From Bilabrum cf. latius (taxonomy: Eukaryota), in assembly GCA_965178125.1 (NCBI GenBank), contig OZ237740.1, forward strand, positions 1,116,001-1,180,000: DNA of 64,000 nucleotides, given 5' to 3'. The notes under the pieces were generated by a model, which was given only the letters and a program-made list of their open reading frames with translations, had not been told where the DNA came from and made no database searches. Below are positions 51,498-64,000 of this stretch, one piece after another (positions within the stretch are counted from its first letter, which is position 1; every line of letters starts with the position of its first letter). A program made the position numbers and the translations under genes.

Positions 51498-53478
51498 TCA
51501 CTGGTGCTGCATGCTGCGGGCCAAGGCGAGGTCGATGTCAGCCTGCTCCGCGCTCCCAGCCCCCGACGGCGCGACTGCATCTGCCGAGTCCAGCACGTAC
51601 CCACCCGAGGCACCCCCCCCTTCCCCGCGCAAGGCCTTCTTGCCGTGTCTCGACGCCAAGAACCCCCTGCTGGATGCCACCCTCGCCTCGGCCTCCGAGA
51701 CCCGCTCGGCCATATCTGCCGCCGCCACGATCTTCTTCTGAAGCGCGGCCAGCGAGGCGGGGTCGTCGAACGTGGGCATGGGCGCGTCAAAGTTAACGGT
51801 GCCAGTGGCCCGGTCCACCCTCGCGAAGATGCTCCGCTTGGCGCACATGTCGAGGATGACCCGCTCGGCAGCCTGGGGGGACTCCAGGCCCGTCCGCGCG
51901 GCGATATCGGACAGATCCAGCCGGAGGTACGTCCTCGTCAGCTTGCGGATAGACGTGCGCTCCAGCTGGGAAATGGCCAGCTTGACCATCCCCAAGGTCC
52001 CGTCCTCCCGGAACTCGTCCAGGTTGCGCCGCACCACCTCGTCCAGGGGCATGGACCCGTGGCCGCCCCGCCCACCGCGGGGTCCCCCGCCACCACCGGA
52101 CCTGCCGGTTCCCGAGGCGGAATCAGCCCCACTCCCACCCGCACTCGCCCCCGCACCCGCGCCCGCGCCCGCGCCTTTACCGCCCTCCGCGCCCCCCTTG
52201 CCCCCCTCTGCCGACTCGGGGTCCACCAGCGTCGCCTCTCGCGCCTTGCGTGCGATCGCGGTGGCCCCTGCACCCGCCCCGGCCGCAGACCTGTACGCCG
52301 CCGCAAACTGGTAGTACGCCTGGTTGGCCTTCTCGAGGTTGTACGAGACCGGCTTGGACATGAGATCGCTAGGCAGGGTGGGCACGCTGCCCGTCGCGAT
52401 GATGCTGCCCAGCATCCACTTGGCGTGCGCGCCCACGACGAGCTTGGAGAGGCCCCTCCCCGGCAGCTCCATGCACCTCTGGAAGAGCTCCACGGCCTCC
52501 TCCCATCGCTCCAGACCCGCGAGGGCCGTGCCCCCGAAGTAGTGAAACTCGAGGAACTCCAGAGGGGTCAGCCCCGTCCGCTTGGGGTCGATGTCCAGCT
52601 TCGGGTGCTCAGCAAAGGAGGCGGCTAGCTTGAAGTGGGACCGCCCCACGCTCTCCCGGACTGCAGTGCACTGTAGCGGCCACAGGGTGGCAGAGTCGGC
52701 GGGGTGCACCTCGCGGGCGCACCGCAGGATGAGCGGGAACACCTCCCCGCCGCGGTTGCGCTCGCGGAGAGACTTTGCGGCGCACTGGCAGCACGCGTCA
52801 GCTGCGGTAAGATATAAAGAAATTCGGTGGGATGTGCAAGCGCTCGTTGTCGAAGTGTGCAGATAGCGAGCGTCGCCGATCCGGGCGATGATGGGCATCT
52901 GCAACAAAGACTCACTCGCTCCACCCGCCCGCCTCAAATCGCCAACCGGTGCGTCTCGCAGCACACGAAGCAGCAGCTCCAAGATCCACGCTTTATCGCC
53001 CTTGCGCTCCCACCGAGCCACTTCCAGCTTTTCCTTATGCTCTGGCTTCATCTTTGCGGGAGGCTTCAATGCCATCGTTTTCTCGTAGATCGCAGGCCTG
53101 TGATCCAAGTAAACAACTAAACGCGCGAATAGAAATGTGGTTAACTGGGCAGCGAAGGCCGCTCGCGTACCAGGCGCCAAGGGCTCACAAGAAATGCGCC
53201 AGAAGCTCCGCGTGTCTATCTACACGCAAGCGTTCGACCTTGTCGGTCAAATAGAATGGATGATCCGCGATTGCCTTCCTAGTCGATTCGTGTCGAATCA
53301 TTCTGCTAAGTTGCGCAACGTCCTCTGGCTCTGTAACAGAGCAAGCCGCGGCAACGAGCGAATCAATTTGCTCGATGCTCGCCTAAATTCGATCAGTCAC
53401 CTTAACATCGCGGGCTCGAGCAGGCCCATCTACACGAATATCAAGCGTGCGAACTCCTCCCAAAAATGTAGGAAACAT
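51498..53478 (-). CDS. COPS3: COP9 signalosome subunit 3-like PCI protein
   Basis: FLEFHYFGG, FREDGTLGMVK, IRKLTRTYLRLDLSDIA and IFARVD..GTVNF. Intron 53098-53188 and a probable intron 52802-52915. One TAG, TGA stop. Confidence 0.85.
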
Positions 53479-53623
53479 GGTCAGTGCTTATTGTTCGCTC
53501 GAGAACGCATGCCTCGGATCTCACCTGTCGCCGCGCATACCTGCGGAACCGCCGGGCGACTGCTGCGTGGCCCTACTCTTGGCTTGCCTCAAGTACCCTC
53601 AAAAAACCTAAATTGCACGTTTA

Positions 53624-55654
53624 TCAAGTCAAATTAATGTGCTGCAGCAGTAGGCGACCGGGAGACGGCCTACCCCGAGCTGCCGCGCGGCCGAAGCCCC
53701 CCGCCGGGCCGGGCCCAACAGCAGGCGGGGTGGCGCCAGCACCAGCACCAGCTCCAGCACCAGCACCAGCACCAGCACCAGCACCAGCACCAGCGGCGGC
53801 CGATACCCCTCTCCACCCCCCTGCCCCAGCAGGAGGGGCACGCTCGGGAGTGGGGACACCGGGGCGTGGCGGTGGCACCCCCACCGGCGGCCTCACGGTC
53901 GCCAGCGCCGCGTCGATCTGTCCCCGCAGGAAGGGCGGCACCAGCCTCGCGCCCCTGTCGATGAGCACACCCGCCACGGCGTGCTCGCCCTGAGCACGAG
54001 CAACGAACAGAGGGGTGCGCTGTGCGTGGTTCGGCCTGTTCAGCAGACCAGGACACGCGTCCCCCAGCTAGGCCCCCAGCTCCACCCACCCCTTCCTCGC
54101 GCACACGTGGAGAGCGTTGTCCCCCGAGGCAGGATCCCGCGCCGCGGCACCTTCTAGCTCGCCGGCCTGCAGCCAGCCTCTGGCCAGCCACCGCCTCGCC
54201 TGCGACTCGCTGACGTCACTGTGCTGCAGAGCCCGCAAGGCCCACCGGCTGGGGTCACCCCCAAGCGCAGGGCCGGGCCGTCCGGTGCTCTCATCCACCA
54301 CTGTCCAGCTCCCCAGCCCGGGCACGTGATCCTCATCCTCGTCCTCGTCCGCAGGCTGCCCCGCGTGTCCATCCCTGGTGGGTGCCACAGTGGACGTTCC
54401 CCGGCTCGGCGCGGGGTCTTCCTCGGCGGGTCCTGCCGCTTCCAAAGCCCCGGTTGCAACCGCCTGCCCACTCGCTGCACTTGTCACGCCATTCTCACCC
54501 GCTGCACACAGTATCCCAGGTCCTGGCGCCCCACTACTGGCGTACGGAGGGGGGGCCTGGGGCACCTCTCCGGTCTCCTCCATGGCCTCCCTTCCGCCTG
54601 CCTCAGCACTGCCGACTGGTGCAGCAGGTGGCGTGCATGCAGCTTCCTCCTCCAGCCCTCTCCTGCTCGCCTCGTCTGCCTGCTGCTGCAGCGCCACCGC
54701 CACGTCCATGGACTCCTGCGGGCTGGGCGATGCAGGCCCGCCGTAGTCCCGTCCACTGGCAGGCACATCTACGAAAGAGCCAGCTGCCATCAAGTCTTCT
54801 CCAGCACTTGGTAAGGCAGTCGGCCGCCCCTCGTCAACTGCACCTCCGAGCTGTCGGCTCTCGGGACCGGCTGTAGGTGAGGCACCCGCGGGTGTGCCTG
54901 CGCCTGCAAACTCGGCGTCGCCTTCAGGAGAGTGCGTGTTATCGGACATGGTCGGAGCACTGGGCACGCCCTGATACCCGGCTGCGTCGCTAATTTCGTC
55001 TTCCGTGAAAGTTGCACCCTCTGCGACGCCACTGGCAGTGTGGTTCGGAGCTGGGAGCAGGTGCTCTTGTCCGAGCACCGCGGCGTGCGTCTAGCTGGTC
55101 GCCCACTCGCTCTCGGTCCCCCTGTGCCAGTACAAATACCCAGAAGACGGATCGTGGGATAGCACCCAGCCGTTTGGTCCATCAAGAATGGCTCCATGTT
55201 CCTGTTGGCCTGCTAAAGCCAGCGTGCCGTGATCGACCTCGCCAATGGCGGCAGAACGGCGCGACCACGCGTGCGAGATTCCCTAGTTCGCTTCGCAAAT
55301 CTTGTGTAAGCAAGCGACCAGCATGCCTGGCAAGCACGTGTTGGACAGAGATGATGGAGAGCACTACCATATAGTCACGAGGTCCTGGGCAGTGCCAATC
55401 TCGTCCTCGTCCCGCAGCGTTGAGGCCCATTCCAAAATTGCTTCTTCGTCGGTAAACTTTGATGGAAGCAAGCTCGCTGCAAGCAAAATCGCCACATGAA
55501 CGGGATCATTAGCTTCTAGACTTGGTAATGCCTCCATTCCTGCTCGGCAACACGTTTCTCGCTGCGATATCGATAATGCCGGGTACTTGCTCAGGTGCTC
55601 GCCACACACGAATAGCTCGGACTGCGTGCTTTGCAACAGACAGTGCCGCAGCAT
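53624..55654 (-). CDS. WW-like plus ankyrin-repeat protein (start uncertain)
   Basis: Frame joined through 4 TAGs. WW-like PNGWVLSHDPSSGYLYW..SEW and ankyrin-like SGDNALHVCARKG and RTPLFVA..LIDRGA. TGA 53624-53626. Confidence 0.68.
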
Positions 55655-56004
55655 CAATTCAACTGCCCGTTGGAGTTGATTTGATACGCTGAGGGCGCGC
55701 AGAAAGGGCGCATTCTCACCAGACGAAGTGCAGAGAGCGGTCCCTCAACTCCAATTATCTTCTTCAAGTTGCCCTAGATACAAGTTCCTGAATGCTAAAC
55801 TCAGTCACTGCGCCATTTCATTACAATTGACTTCACGAATCAAGACGTGACAACAGTATACTGCCGTATGTTTTGGATGTGCGCATCGAGTGGCGTCGTC
55901 GTCACCGCTTGTTCCGGTGGTTCTGGCTTTGCTGCGGCGAGCTGGCCGCTGTGCTAGCACGCAGGGCACTGCCTCCAGTTGCTGCCTCTCGAGCACGGCT
56001 GCAA

Positions 56005-58280
56005 TCAGCCGCTTCCGACCCCTCTCTACTCCCCTCCACTCCCATCTCCACCGGACACGGACCCAGACGTCCTGCCACTCCTTCGGCCGTGCAGCACCTG
56101 GTCCAGCGAGACCCCCCCCTTGTCCCCCACCAAGTGCGAAAAGTCGGGCTTCGGTCTGCCGAGCAGGTGCCTGCTAGACTTGGGTGTCACGTCCATGTAG
56201 ATGCGCCCGACTTCCATGTTATCCACCGCGCGCTGCAGGTGGGCAGGCAGAGGCCTACCACCACCGTGCCCATCAGCATAGGTCTACCCCTGCTGCTGGA
56301 CCCCCTGCTGCTAGTAGCCACCCGGCCCTGGCCCTGCATTACCCCCCTCGGGCCCCTGACCCCCAGCCCCCGCTTCACCCCCCGCATCGTATCCCCCCAC
56401 GTGATCCCCACTCCCTCTCCCACCACCTCCCCCCATCAGCGCCGCAGCCCCCGCCTCGCCTATCTGCTGCGCCACCTCCCTGCGAGCCTAGTGGAACTCA
56501 AGAGCCCGCGCCCCGTACCCCTGCCCCACTGCTTCCTGCCTCCTCCTCTCCGCCGCCACCTTCTCCCTCTCTAGTCGCATCTTCTCCGCCCGCACCTGGG
56601 AACGGGCAAACAGCCTGTCGAAGGCGGTGTCCGTGTCGCCGCCGGCCTCCGCCCCGCTGCTCACTCCCCCGCTCCCGCGACGCCCGCCCTTCCGACCCCT
56701 ACCCTTTTCCTTCTTACCACGGGCCCCGCCCCCCACTGTTCCCCGGCTCCGCTTGCCCTCCGTGACCGGATCCCCGGCCCGCGCTCCGTATCCCCCGAAG
56801 TTGGCGTGATATCCCCCAGCCGGCATGCCCTGCTGCTGCTGCTGCTGCGAACCCATCGCACTGCGGAACTGGTTCTGCTCGTCCGCGGCGGCGCCCGGCT
56901 GCCAATATGCCTGTGGTGGAACTACCCCGCTCCCCTGCGCGGCGCCCGGCGGAACCGGATTCCGGTGACCTCTCGCACTCAGCGAGCCCGGGGGCATGCC
57001 GTACGCGTCGCCCTGGCCCAACGAGAGCCCATGACCATGACCATGACCACGAGCATGCCCGCTCCCATACCCCGCATTGCCGCCCGGCGGACCCGGCAGT
57101 GAACGAGCCAACGGATCTCTATCGTCACCCCCAGCACCCCTGCGGGACCCCCCCACGCGCGCCGATAGCGGCACCTTCCCCCCGATGCCCCCACCCGGGG
57201 GGAGCCGACCCGTCGCCGAGGCCCCTCCCAGGCCAAGCCCGGGCACCCGAGGCCGCGGGAACCGCCGTCCTCCTGCTCCTGCTCCTGCTCCTCCCGTGCC
57301 CTGCCCTGGGCCTTGGGGTTGAGCGAGCACGGCCCCGGCAGCCGCCAGCCGCTTGCGGTTGGGTCCCAGCCCCAGCTCCCTGAACTGCTGCTTGGCTGTT
57401 TCGTGCGCCCTGTGGAGCCGCTCCACATCATTCTTCAGCTGCAGATTCTCCTGCTTCATCCGCACGTAGTCACCGAACGCCGAGGAACCTTCCTTGAGCC
57501 CCTCTTGGAGCCGCTGCCGCAGATCGTCGAGAGCGGCGGCTAGCTGGGCAAGCTCTGTCTTCTGCTGCCCGATCTGCGCGCGGGCTTCCCGCAGGGCCGT
57601 GGCCTGGGTTGCGTTCTTGTCTCTCAGCGCGATTATTTCCAGCTCGGCCACGCGCAGCTGCTCCCTGCCTCGCTTCAGCTCGGACTCCATGTCGTTGTGC
57701 TTGGCGTGCCACCCCGCAGCCTCCGCGCGGGCCGCGCGGGCAGCCGCCTCTGCTCGTTTCTAGTGACTCGCTGCGTTCGCCGTCGATGAGCGCTCGCGCC
57801 GGAGATCTGCCTCCAGGCTCTCTCGCTCTTCCCTTCGCTCGGCATGCTCCCGCTCAAGCTTCTCGCGGAGATCCTCCAGCTCAAACGTGCTTGCACCGCC
57901 CTGTCCCTCGCCCTGGCCACCACCCCCTTTTGCTCTGCTGGCTAGCTCCTCTCGCAGTTGGAACGCCTCGGCGCGCGATTCGTCCCGCTACTTGCTCACC
58001 TGCGCAACAGCAACCCACCAGCGCTAGAGCGAACGTGCGGGGCATAACACATAAACCTGGGCTTGCACTACACACTTTTCCTTACCTTAGAAAGCTATTC
58101 TTGCAGATCAGCGACCCTGGCATTGCTAGTAGTCCCCCCCGACCCCTCGCTCAGCCCTGCTGCCTCTCTAAGAGCTGCCTCAGATCTCAGGGCAACTTCA
58201 AGACGCTCAAGGCAACGTCGATGCCGCTTTTTTAACAAGGAGAGCTCCTTTGCTACCAGCTGCTACCCATCCTGAGCCAT
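56005..58280 (-). CDS. Coiled-coil, Gly/Gln-rich hypothetical protein
   Basis: ATG 58280, intron 58000-58085 (GTAAG..CGCAG), 8 TAGs, TGA 56005-56007. Long E/R/L/Q-rich heptad segments. Confidence 0.72.
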
Positions 58281-58969
58281 TGGTACAACGATTCCAGAGA
58301 TATTCGTTGCGATAAAGTTGCTCCGAACGGATCGTCCCGCCGCCGAACGAATCCAGCATGTCGATTGCCGAAGGTTCACTGCCGCGGTCGCACGACGCCG
58401 TGACGACGGCCTGTTGGTGGTCGCACGGCACCCTTGGACCAGACTATCGCATGGGGTCCCTGAGGTTGGAGTGGTCAGTCCCAAGTTTGGGTGGTGCCAT
58501 TCGCAAGCCAGGCTTGCGTAGTGAGGTGACATGCGCCATGCCTAGCAGCTACAGGCTGCAGCAGATCGAAATAGTGAAGGCTTGCTCATAGGCCGTGTGT
58601 CACAGCCATTTGGGACTAAGATTGGCGTTATCATGGCAAGGTGCATAGATGCACGTGCTGATACAGAGGATACCAAGAGTGCAGGCTCCCATGCCTGCCT
58701 AGCAGCCGGTGCGCTGCCATCACCCAATCCGATCCTGGTCGAGGCCTCCAGCCCAACAGCAGCGCCGAGTGTCCTCCCGCCTATGCGGAGAGGATCGTGA
58801 GAGCCCTTGGACATGGATGCTCTACACTTGTGTCGCTGCATGATCGCCATGATTGGCGTTTTGGCCTCGTCGGGCCACGCAAGTGAGATCGCACAGGTGC
58901 CGCGGCGCCATCGTCATCGCTGTCAACCGGTGTCTTGCCGCCCCCGAACAACTCGTATCACGAAACGGG

Positions 58970-60303
58970 ATGCTATCGGCAAGTTCTGACAAGCATTTCA
59001 GAGAATGGATTGGACAGAATCCCAGCAGTGTTGCACTATTCTCTGCACCCTGGTGCAAGGCCTGCAAGAGGGCAAAACCAGAGGTGGCCCAAACTTTGCA
59101 ACAGCAATCTGTGCCTTCCATTGAGGTAGATGCTGACACCATGGAGGAAATTACCGAGGAGCACAAAGTGACAAAACTGCCCACTGTGCTAGTATTCAAG
59201 AATGGAGCACCGGTGGGCAGAGCTTCGGGCCCGAACGCTTCGGATCTGATTGCCATTGTCGTCTCCTGCGGGTTGCTCGAAAATATCGAGAAATCTGCGG
59301 CAGATAGCGATGCGCCGCCCGCCAAACGTGCACGCGTAGATGGAAAAGAGCATTCTCAGGCTGTCCCCATCCAGGGCGCTGCGAGTGGCGCTGGGGCCGA
59401 CGGAGTTGCAGCAGTCAGTTGTTCCAACGGGCAGGCGCACGTTGGGAGCAAGCGCAGCGAACCTGATGCCTCCAGCCCACCGGTTCCCACTTTGACTGAT
59501 AAGATCATACCGGATGGATTCGAAGGCGTGGTAAAGACGGACTGGACTCCGTCGGAGGCCTCCTTGTTTGTGAAGGCAACTGAGTTGCAGGTTGGGGCAC
59601 CGGTAAGTACAATTGGACACAAGCTGGACAAGTCGCATCAAGATATTGTTGGAAATGCATTTGCATCTAGCCCAGGGGCGCTTCCAAGCGACGAACTTGA
59701 GAGCATGCTGCGGTACAGAATCCCAAACCTGACGGACGACGGCACTTGTGGGGTCGGCCTGCAGGCGCAGCCATTCGATTTGGGCGCCGAGATCCTGGGC
59801 CTGTCTCCAGGCACTATACTGCCGCCTACTGACCCGAGGATAATCCGTCTGTGGCGCCTGCGCCAGATCGTCCAGGCGCTCGCTCGGGCCACGGGTGCCG
59901 AATGGGTGGGACTGTACCGCAAGGTGGACCGGCAGCAGGCGCAGGAGCAGGAGAGCGAGGCCGCCGCCGCGAAGCGAACCGCGGCAGAGGCCCGCGCGAG
60001 AGCGGGCCGCGGCCCCGCCGGCGCAGACAAGCCCACTGCTATCGGGGGCCACGAGGACGCCCCCGTGGTGCTGGTCAAGGAGGCCTACGTGGGGTCTGCC
60101 AGCCGCCCCTACTTCCCGCTGACCGAGGCATTCGCTGCCAAGAGCAACAACAGCACCGTGGCCATGACGAAGAAGACCATGGTGTACCACCACGTAGATG
60201 CAGTGCACGACGGCGCGGGGAAGGGCGAGGAGGCCAACGGCGAGGCCACGGGGGCAGCCAGCGGGCAACACGAAGAAACCCCTTCCAGCAAGGCAGCCTC
60301 CTT

Positions 60304-60337
<34 letters not shown>

Positions 60338-60604
60338 CCTGCTCCCTCTTCTTCTTCGTCTGCTACCGCTGCTGCGGACGGCCGGTCAGGTGCCAGTCCG
60401 TACTACGTGTGCGACACGCGCGTGCAGTTCGAGCTCTGCGCGCCCATCCTGGACAGCCGCACGGGGGAGGTGCTCGGCATCCTCGACCTAGAGGCGTGGA
60501 GGCCCAGGCACCTCGCGCGGGCCGGGGTGGCACTGGCCCTGCAGGTGTGCTAGCGGTTAGGAGAGATGGGCCCTGCTTTCTCGGGTGAGGCGGGCTCGGT
60601 GTGA
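58970..60604 (+). CDS. Thioredoxin domain fused to an fRMsr/MsrC-like GAF domain
   Basis: FSAPWCKACK..LPTVLVFKNG, then EWVGLY..LVKEAYVG..SNNSTVAM..YYVCD..ELCAPI..VLGILDLEA. TAG 60551, TGA 60602-60604. Confidence 0.78.
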
Positions 60605-60755
60605 CAGCGGGTCCGGCTTGAACAGATGGATGGATTTTTTGCGTGTTTGCGGCAAAGTGATCGCAACAATGCCCCCATGCGTTGACGATCGTTTTGACAC
60701 TATATCTGCCATTCCGGTCTGTTCTTTACAATTAAAACATCTTTCCTACACTTCC

Positions 60756-63700
60756 ATGGATGTTGACTTGACGGATGCCGCACTTGGCCGTGAAGAGAAG
60801 CACATCGCAGGACAGAGAGCAGTCAGCCCCCCACCAACAGCTAGCGGCAACTACAATGCCCAAAAGGACAGCCATGGCGCAGCGACTGGAGCCAACACTG
60901 GGTATGAAAGTGCATCTACGCAACCGCAAACTTTAGGGAGCGAAGGGGCCGTCGGAAGGGGCTCGACCAATGATAGTCCTACCAGTAGCCTGCGGGACGC
61001 AGGTATGGACCCGGTCGAAGCAGCGGAATCCAGCTCATCAAGCAGTCAGCAAGACAGGGCTAGTGGTAGAATAGCAAGTGTGCGGTAGCCTCCCCTTCCA
61101 GACCACCAAGTCGGATTCTCCTCTCCTGCAACTGCCTCGGCAACCCAGCAAGCGCAAGACGCTCTCTCCGAGTATGCCCAGGATTCCCACGCATGGATCG
61201 AGTTGCAAAGCCCGGAGGGGTGGGCCTACTACGAAAATCAATCCACTGGCGAGACCAAGTGGGCAGGCGAAGGCGATTGGGAGCGGCTCTCGACCGAGGA
61301 GGGCCACCCGTATTGGTTCAACGCAACGACTGCGGTCTCGGTCTGGGACGACCCTGACGAGATCGCCGCGGGACCCGTTTCGCTGCAACAAATGCACGGA
61401 ATGGTCACAGGGGCACAAAGTGCCGGCGACGAGGCAGAGCAGCCGGGCGCCGGAGTGCTCGGCCCCGCGGGAAGCACGGAACAGGCGCCCCCGCCGATCG
61501 CCCCTGGTCATCATCGCGCCACAGAGCAGCACGACCCGGAGCGATTGCCATCAGACGCCCAGCCGCCGACTTTGCCCTCCGCCAGGGATCCCCCGCTGCC
61601 GCCGCAGTCTCCCTTCGGGCTGGCATCTGCTGCATCCGCGGCCAGCTCCGGGATGCAGTCCCTGAGGACCCCGGTTGCAACCCCCCTGCCCGACTCCCTT
61701 GCCTACCACGAGCACGACCAGATGAGCCCAATGCCCCGGCGCTCGCTCGCTGCGGCGCTTGATGCCGGCTCCACCCCCGTGGGAGGGCGGGGGGGAGCAT
61801 CTTACGCCCACACCCACCCTCAAGCCCAAGCGGTGGGCGGAAGGGTGGGGTCTCGGTCCGCCGCCCCGCTGCAGCGCACGGGATCTGGGATCAACCCCCG
61901 GACTCCCCTCGACACCGCGCAGGCGCGTTCTCGCGGACCCGCTGTTCCCCACACGACCAAGGTCAGGGCAAGAGGCAGGGACACTCACTCGCAGCCCAAG
62001 TCTAGGAGTGGTCGCAAGAGGAGAGAGCGCGCCCTCTCGGCGGACATGGGGGCCTACGAGGCGGCGAGGGCGTAGGGGCTGCTGCACGGCGAGGAGCTGC
62101 AGGTGGGACCCGCGGGGCTGTACGCCGAGGACGAGGGGGGGGTGGGTGGCGGTCGCGGGGCCAGGCGAGACAGGCGTAGGAGGAGGCACCGCCGGGGTGG
62201 CAGCGGGGGGGTTAGCGACAGGGGCAGGGCCAGGGGTATTGGATCTCGTGATGAACACTATGTGCGCTCGCTCGCTGGAGGTAGCCTGGGTTCCATGGAT
62301 GGGCTGCAGGGACAGGGGCAGGGGTTGGGGTTGGGACGCATTGGCGGGTTGCATGGCGGTGTAGATCATCGGCACGGCGTGAAATAGGGGGGTTTCGTGG
62401 ATAACGACGACGACGAGGAGGAGGAGGACGGTTCAGGGTCGGTCCGATCCCGGCTCTCCTTCCGGGACGATCGCACGAGGGAGGGGGGCTCGAGGCGGGG
62501 GCAGCTGATGCTGGACGAGCATGCGGGTGAGGGCAGGGGGCGGTGGGGGGCGCGGAGGACTCGATCCCAGCGCGCGGGGGAGGGCACCGACCGGTGGTCC
62601 CCCGTGCAGCACAGAGGAGGTTTCTTCGAGGGGGGTAGGCGAGGCGGCGAGTTGGGAGGGGCTCGGTTGGGGCTGGGGCGAGGGGGTCAGTTCGACGAGT
62701 ACGGTGACCTCGATGGCAGCCCAGGCGGCGGGTCGCTTGGACGAGCCGGCGATCGGTACGAGGCCGGGCCAGGCAGTGCCAACGGGCGCCGCCGAGGGAG
62801 GGCGATGACTCGCGAGGAGCGGGCTAGGGCCTCGCTGGAGGAGGAAGCAGCCATCCACAGAGCTGCAGCGAGGCACGCGCGGGCTGCTGCCGAGGCCATG
62901 GATCGGCGGGCCATGGAACACGCCCGGCTTCTCCTCGCGGGGCAGCTGGGTATGGGCGGCAGCATGGGTATGGGTATGGGCATGGGAGGGTTCGGCGCCG
63001 CAGGCAGCCAGGCCGCTGCTGCCGCAGCCGCGGCCGCTGCAGCCGCTGTGACGGCCCGCGGCGGGGGAGCGGGGTCACAGCACGCGGCAATGGCGGCCGC
63101 GGCGGCGGCAGCTGCGGCTGCAGCCAGTCCACGCCCCGGTGCAGGTATGGGCATGGGCGGGGGCATGGGCGGGGGCCTGCTGGGTGGCCCTGCGGCAGAC
63201 CCACGCATGCTGCGAGGTGATAGGGGCGGGGGTGGGGGCGTGGGCGCGCGGGAGCAAGAGGGCATGACGTCTCTGCGCAAAGGGGGTCGATCGAGGACCA
63301 GGAGTCGCGGGATGGGGCGGTCGGCCAGAGGCAGGAACAAGCGCAGGGGCATGGACAGGGGCATGGACAGGAGCATGGACAGTGGCAGGGGCAGGGGCAG
63401 GGGCAAGGCGGCGGCCACGTCAGGGAGCTCGAGCGAAGGCGGCCAGGGGCAGGGGCTGCGAGCGGGGGACAAGCAGTCCAGGAGGGATCGAGCGAGCCAT
63501 GGCCAGGGCAGGGGCCGGGGCCGGGGCCGGGGTCGCCGTGATTTCGACTCCGAGTCCGACAGCGAGGAGAGCAGCGATGACAGCGAGCTGGAGGAGTACG
63601 CGGAGGAGCTGCTGCAGGACGCGGGCAAGGGTCCTGCGGCGAGGCTGTTGGAGGCACTGTCTGGTGGGGTAAACACTCTCTGGTCCTCGGTGCAGGGGGC

Positions 63701-64000
63701 CTGCGCCCGGCCGAAAGGGGGTGCCCTGCCGCGGACGCAGGCCGAGGCAGAGGCGGCAGAGGAAGCGGCTCGCGCGGAGGGTGGCAGCATCGCGGGATAG
63801 GGCCCGTCCGGGGCGGGCGCCCACCGCGTGGTGCAGGGGGTGAGGGAGGCCGTCGGGGCAGACAACACCGTGATGGTGCTGGGGAACAGCGGCAGCGGCA
63901 GGGGGGGGGGGGGTGCTCAGGAATCGGGAACCGGTGGCAAGGGCGGGGACGGGTTCGCACCGCAGAGCCGGGCGGCCAAGGGATAGGAAGGAGAGGAGGA
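60756..64000 (+). CDS. Tandem WW-domain, Gly/Arg-rich protein, 3' end outside the window
   Basis: Frame from ATG 60756 is broken only by TAG (61086, 62073, 62385, 63798, 63984). WW motifs WIEL.SPEGWAYYEN.STGETKW and WERL.TEEGHPYWFN..SVWDDP. Confidence 0.78.

Overview
Gene-dense, GC-rich eukaryotic nuclear DNA, probably from a heterotrophic protist (taxon not identifiable from this window). It holds about 22 protein-coding genes with short GT-AG introns near their 5' ends, plus one pogo-like DNA transposon. The main result is a non-standard genetic code. The fragmented ORF track joins into full-length genes when TAG is read as a sense codon. I hand-counted about 90 in-frame TAGs and no internal TAA or TGA. 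TAG falls at conserved Gln positions (PMI LSI[Q]AHP, MON2 AL[Q]RL, UNC-93 YNTA[Q]) and inside Gln repeats. Genes end in TGA (19) or TAA (3). The inferred code is UAG=Gln with UAA still a stop, a rare split of the two UAR codons. Other highlights: an intact DD35D transposon whose transposase needs this code, inserted at GG^AT^CC in a secreted glycoside hydrolase; a RIOK3-like kinase; a tandem-Ubl plus parkin RING0-like protein without RBR; a thioredoxin-GAF fusion; and a PPR protein of about 3050 aa. Gene models and counts were made by hand, and family calls come from recalled motifs, not database searches.
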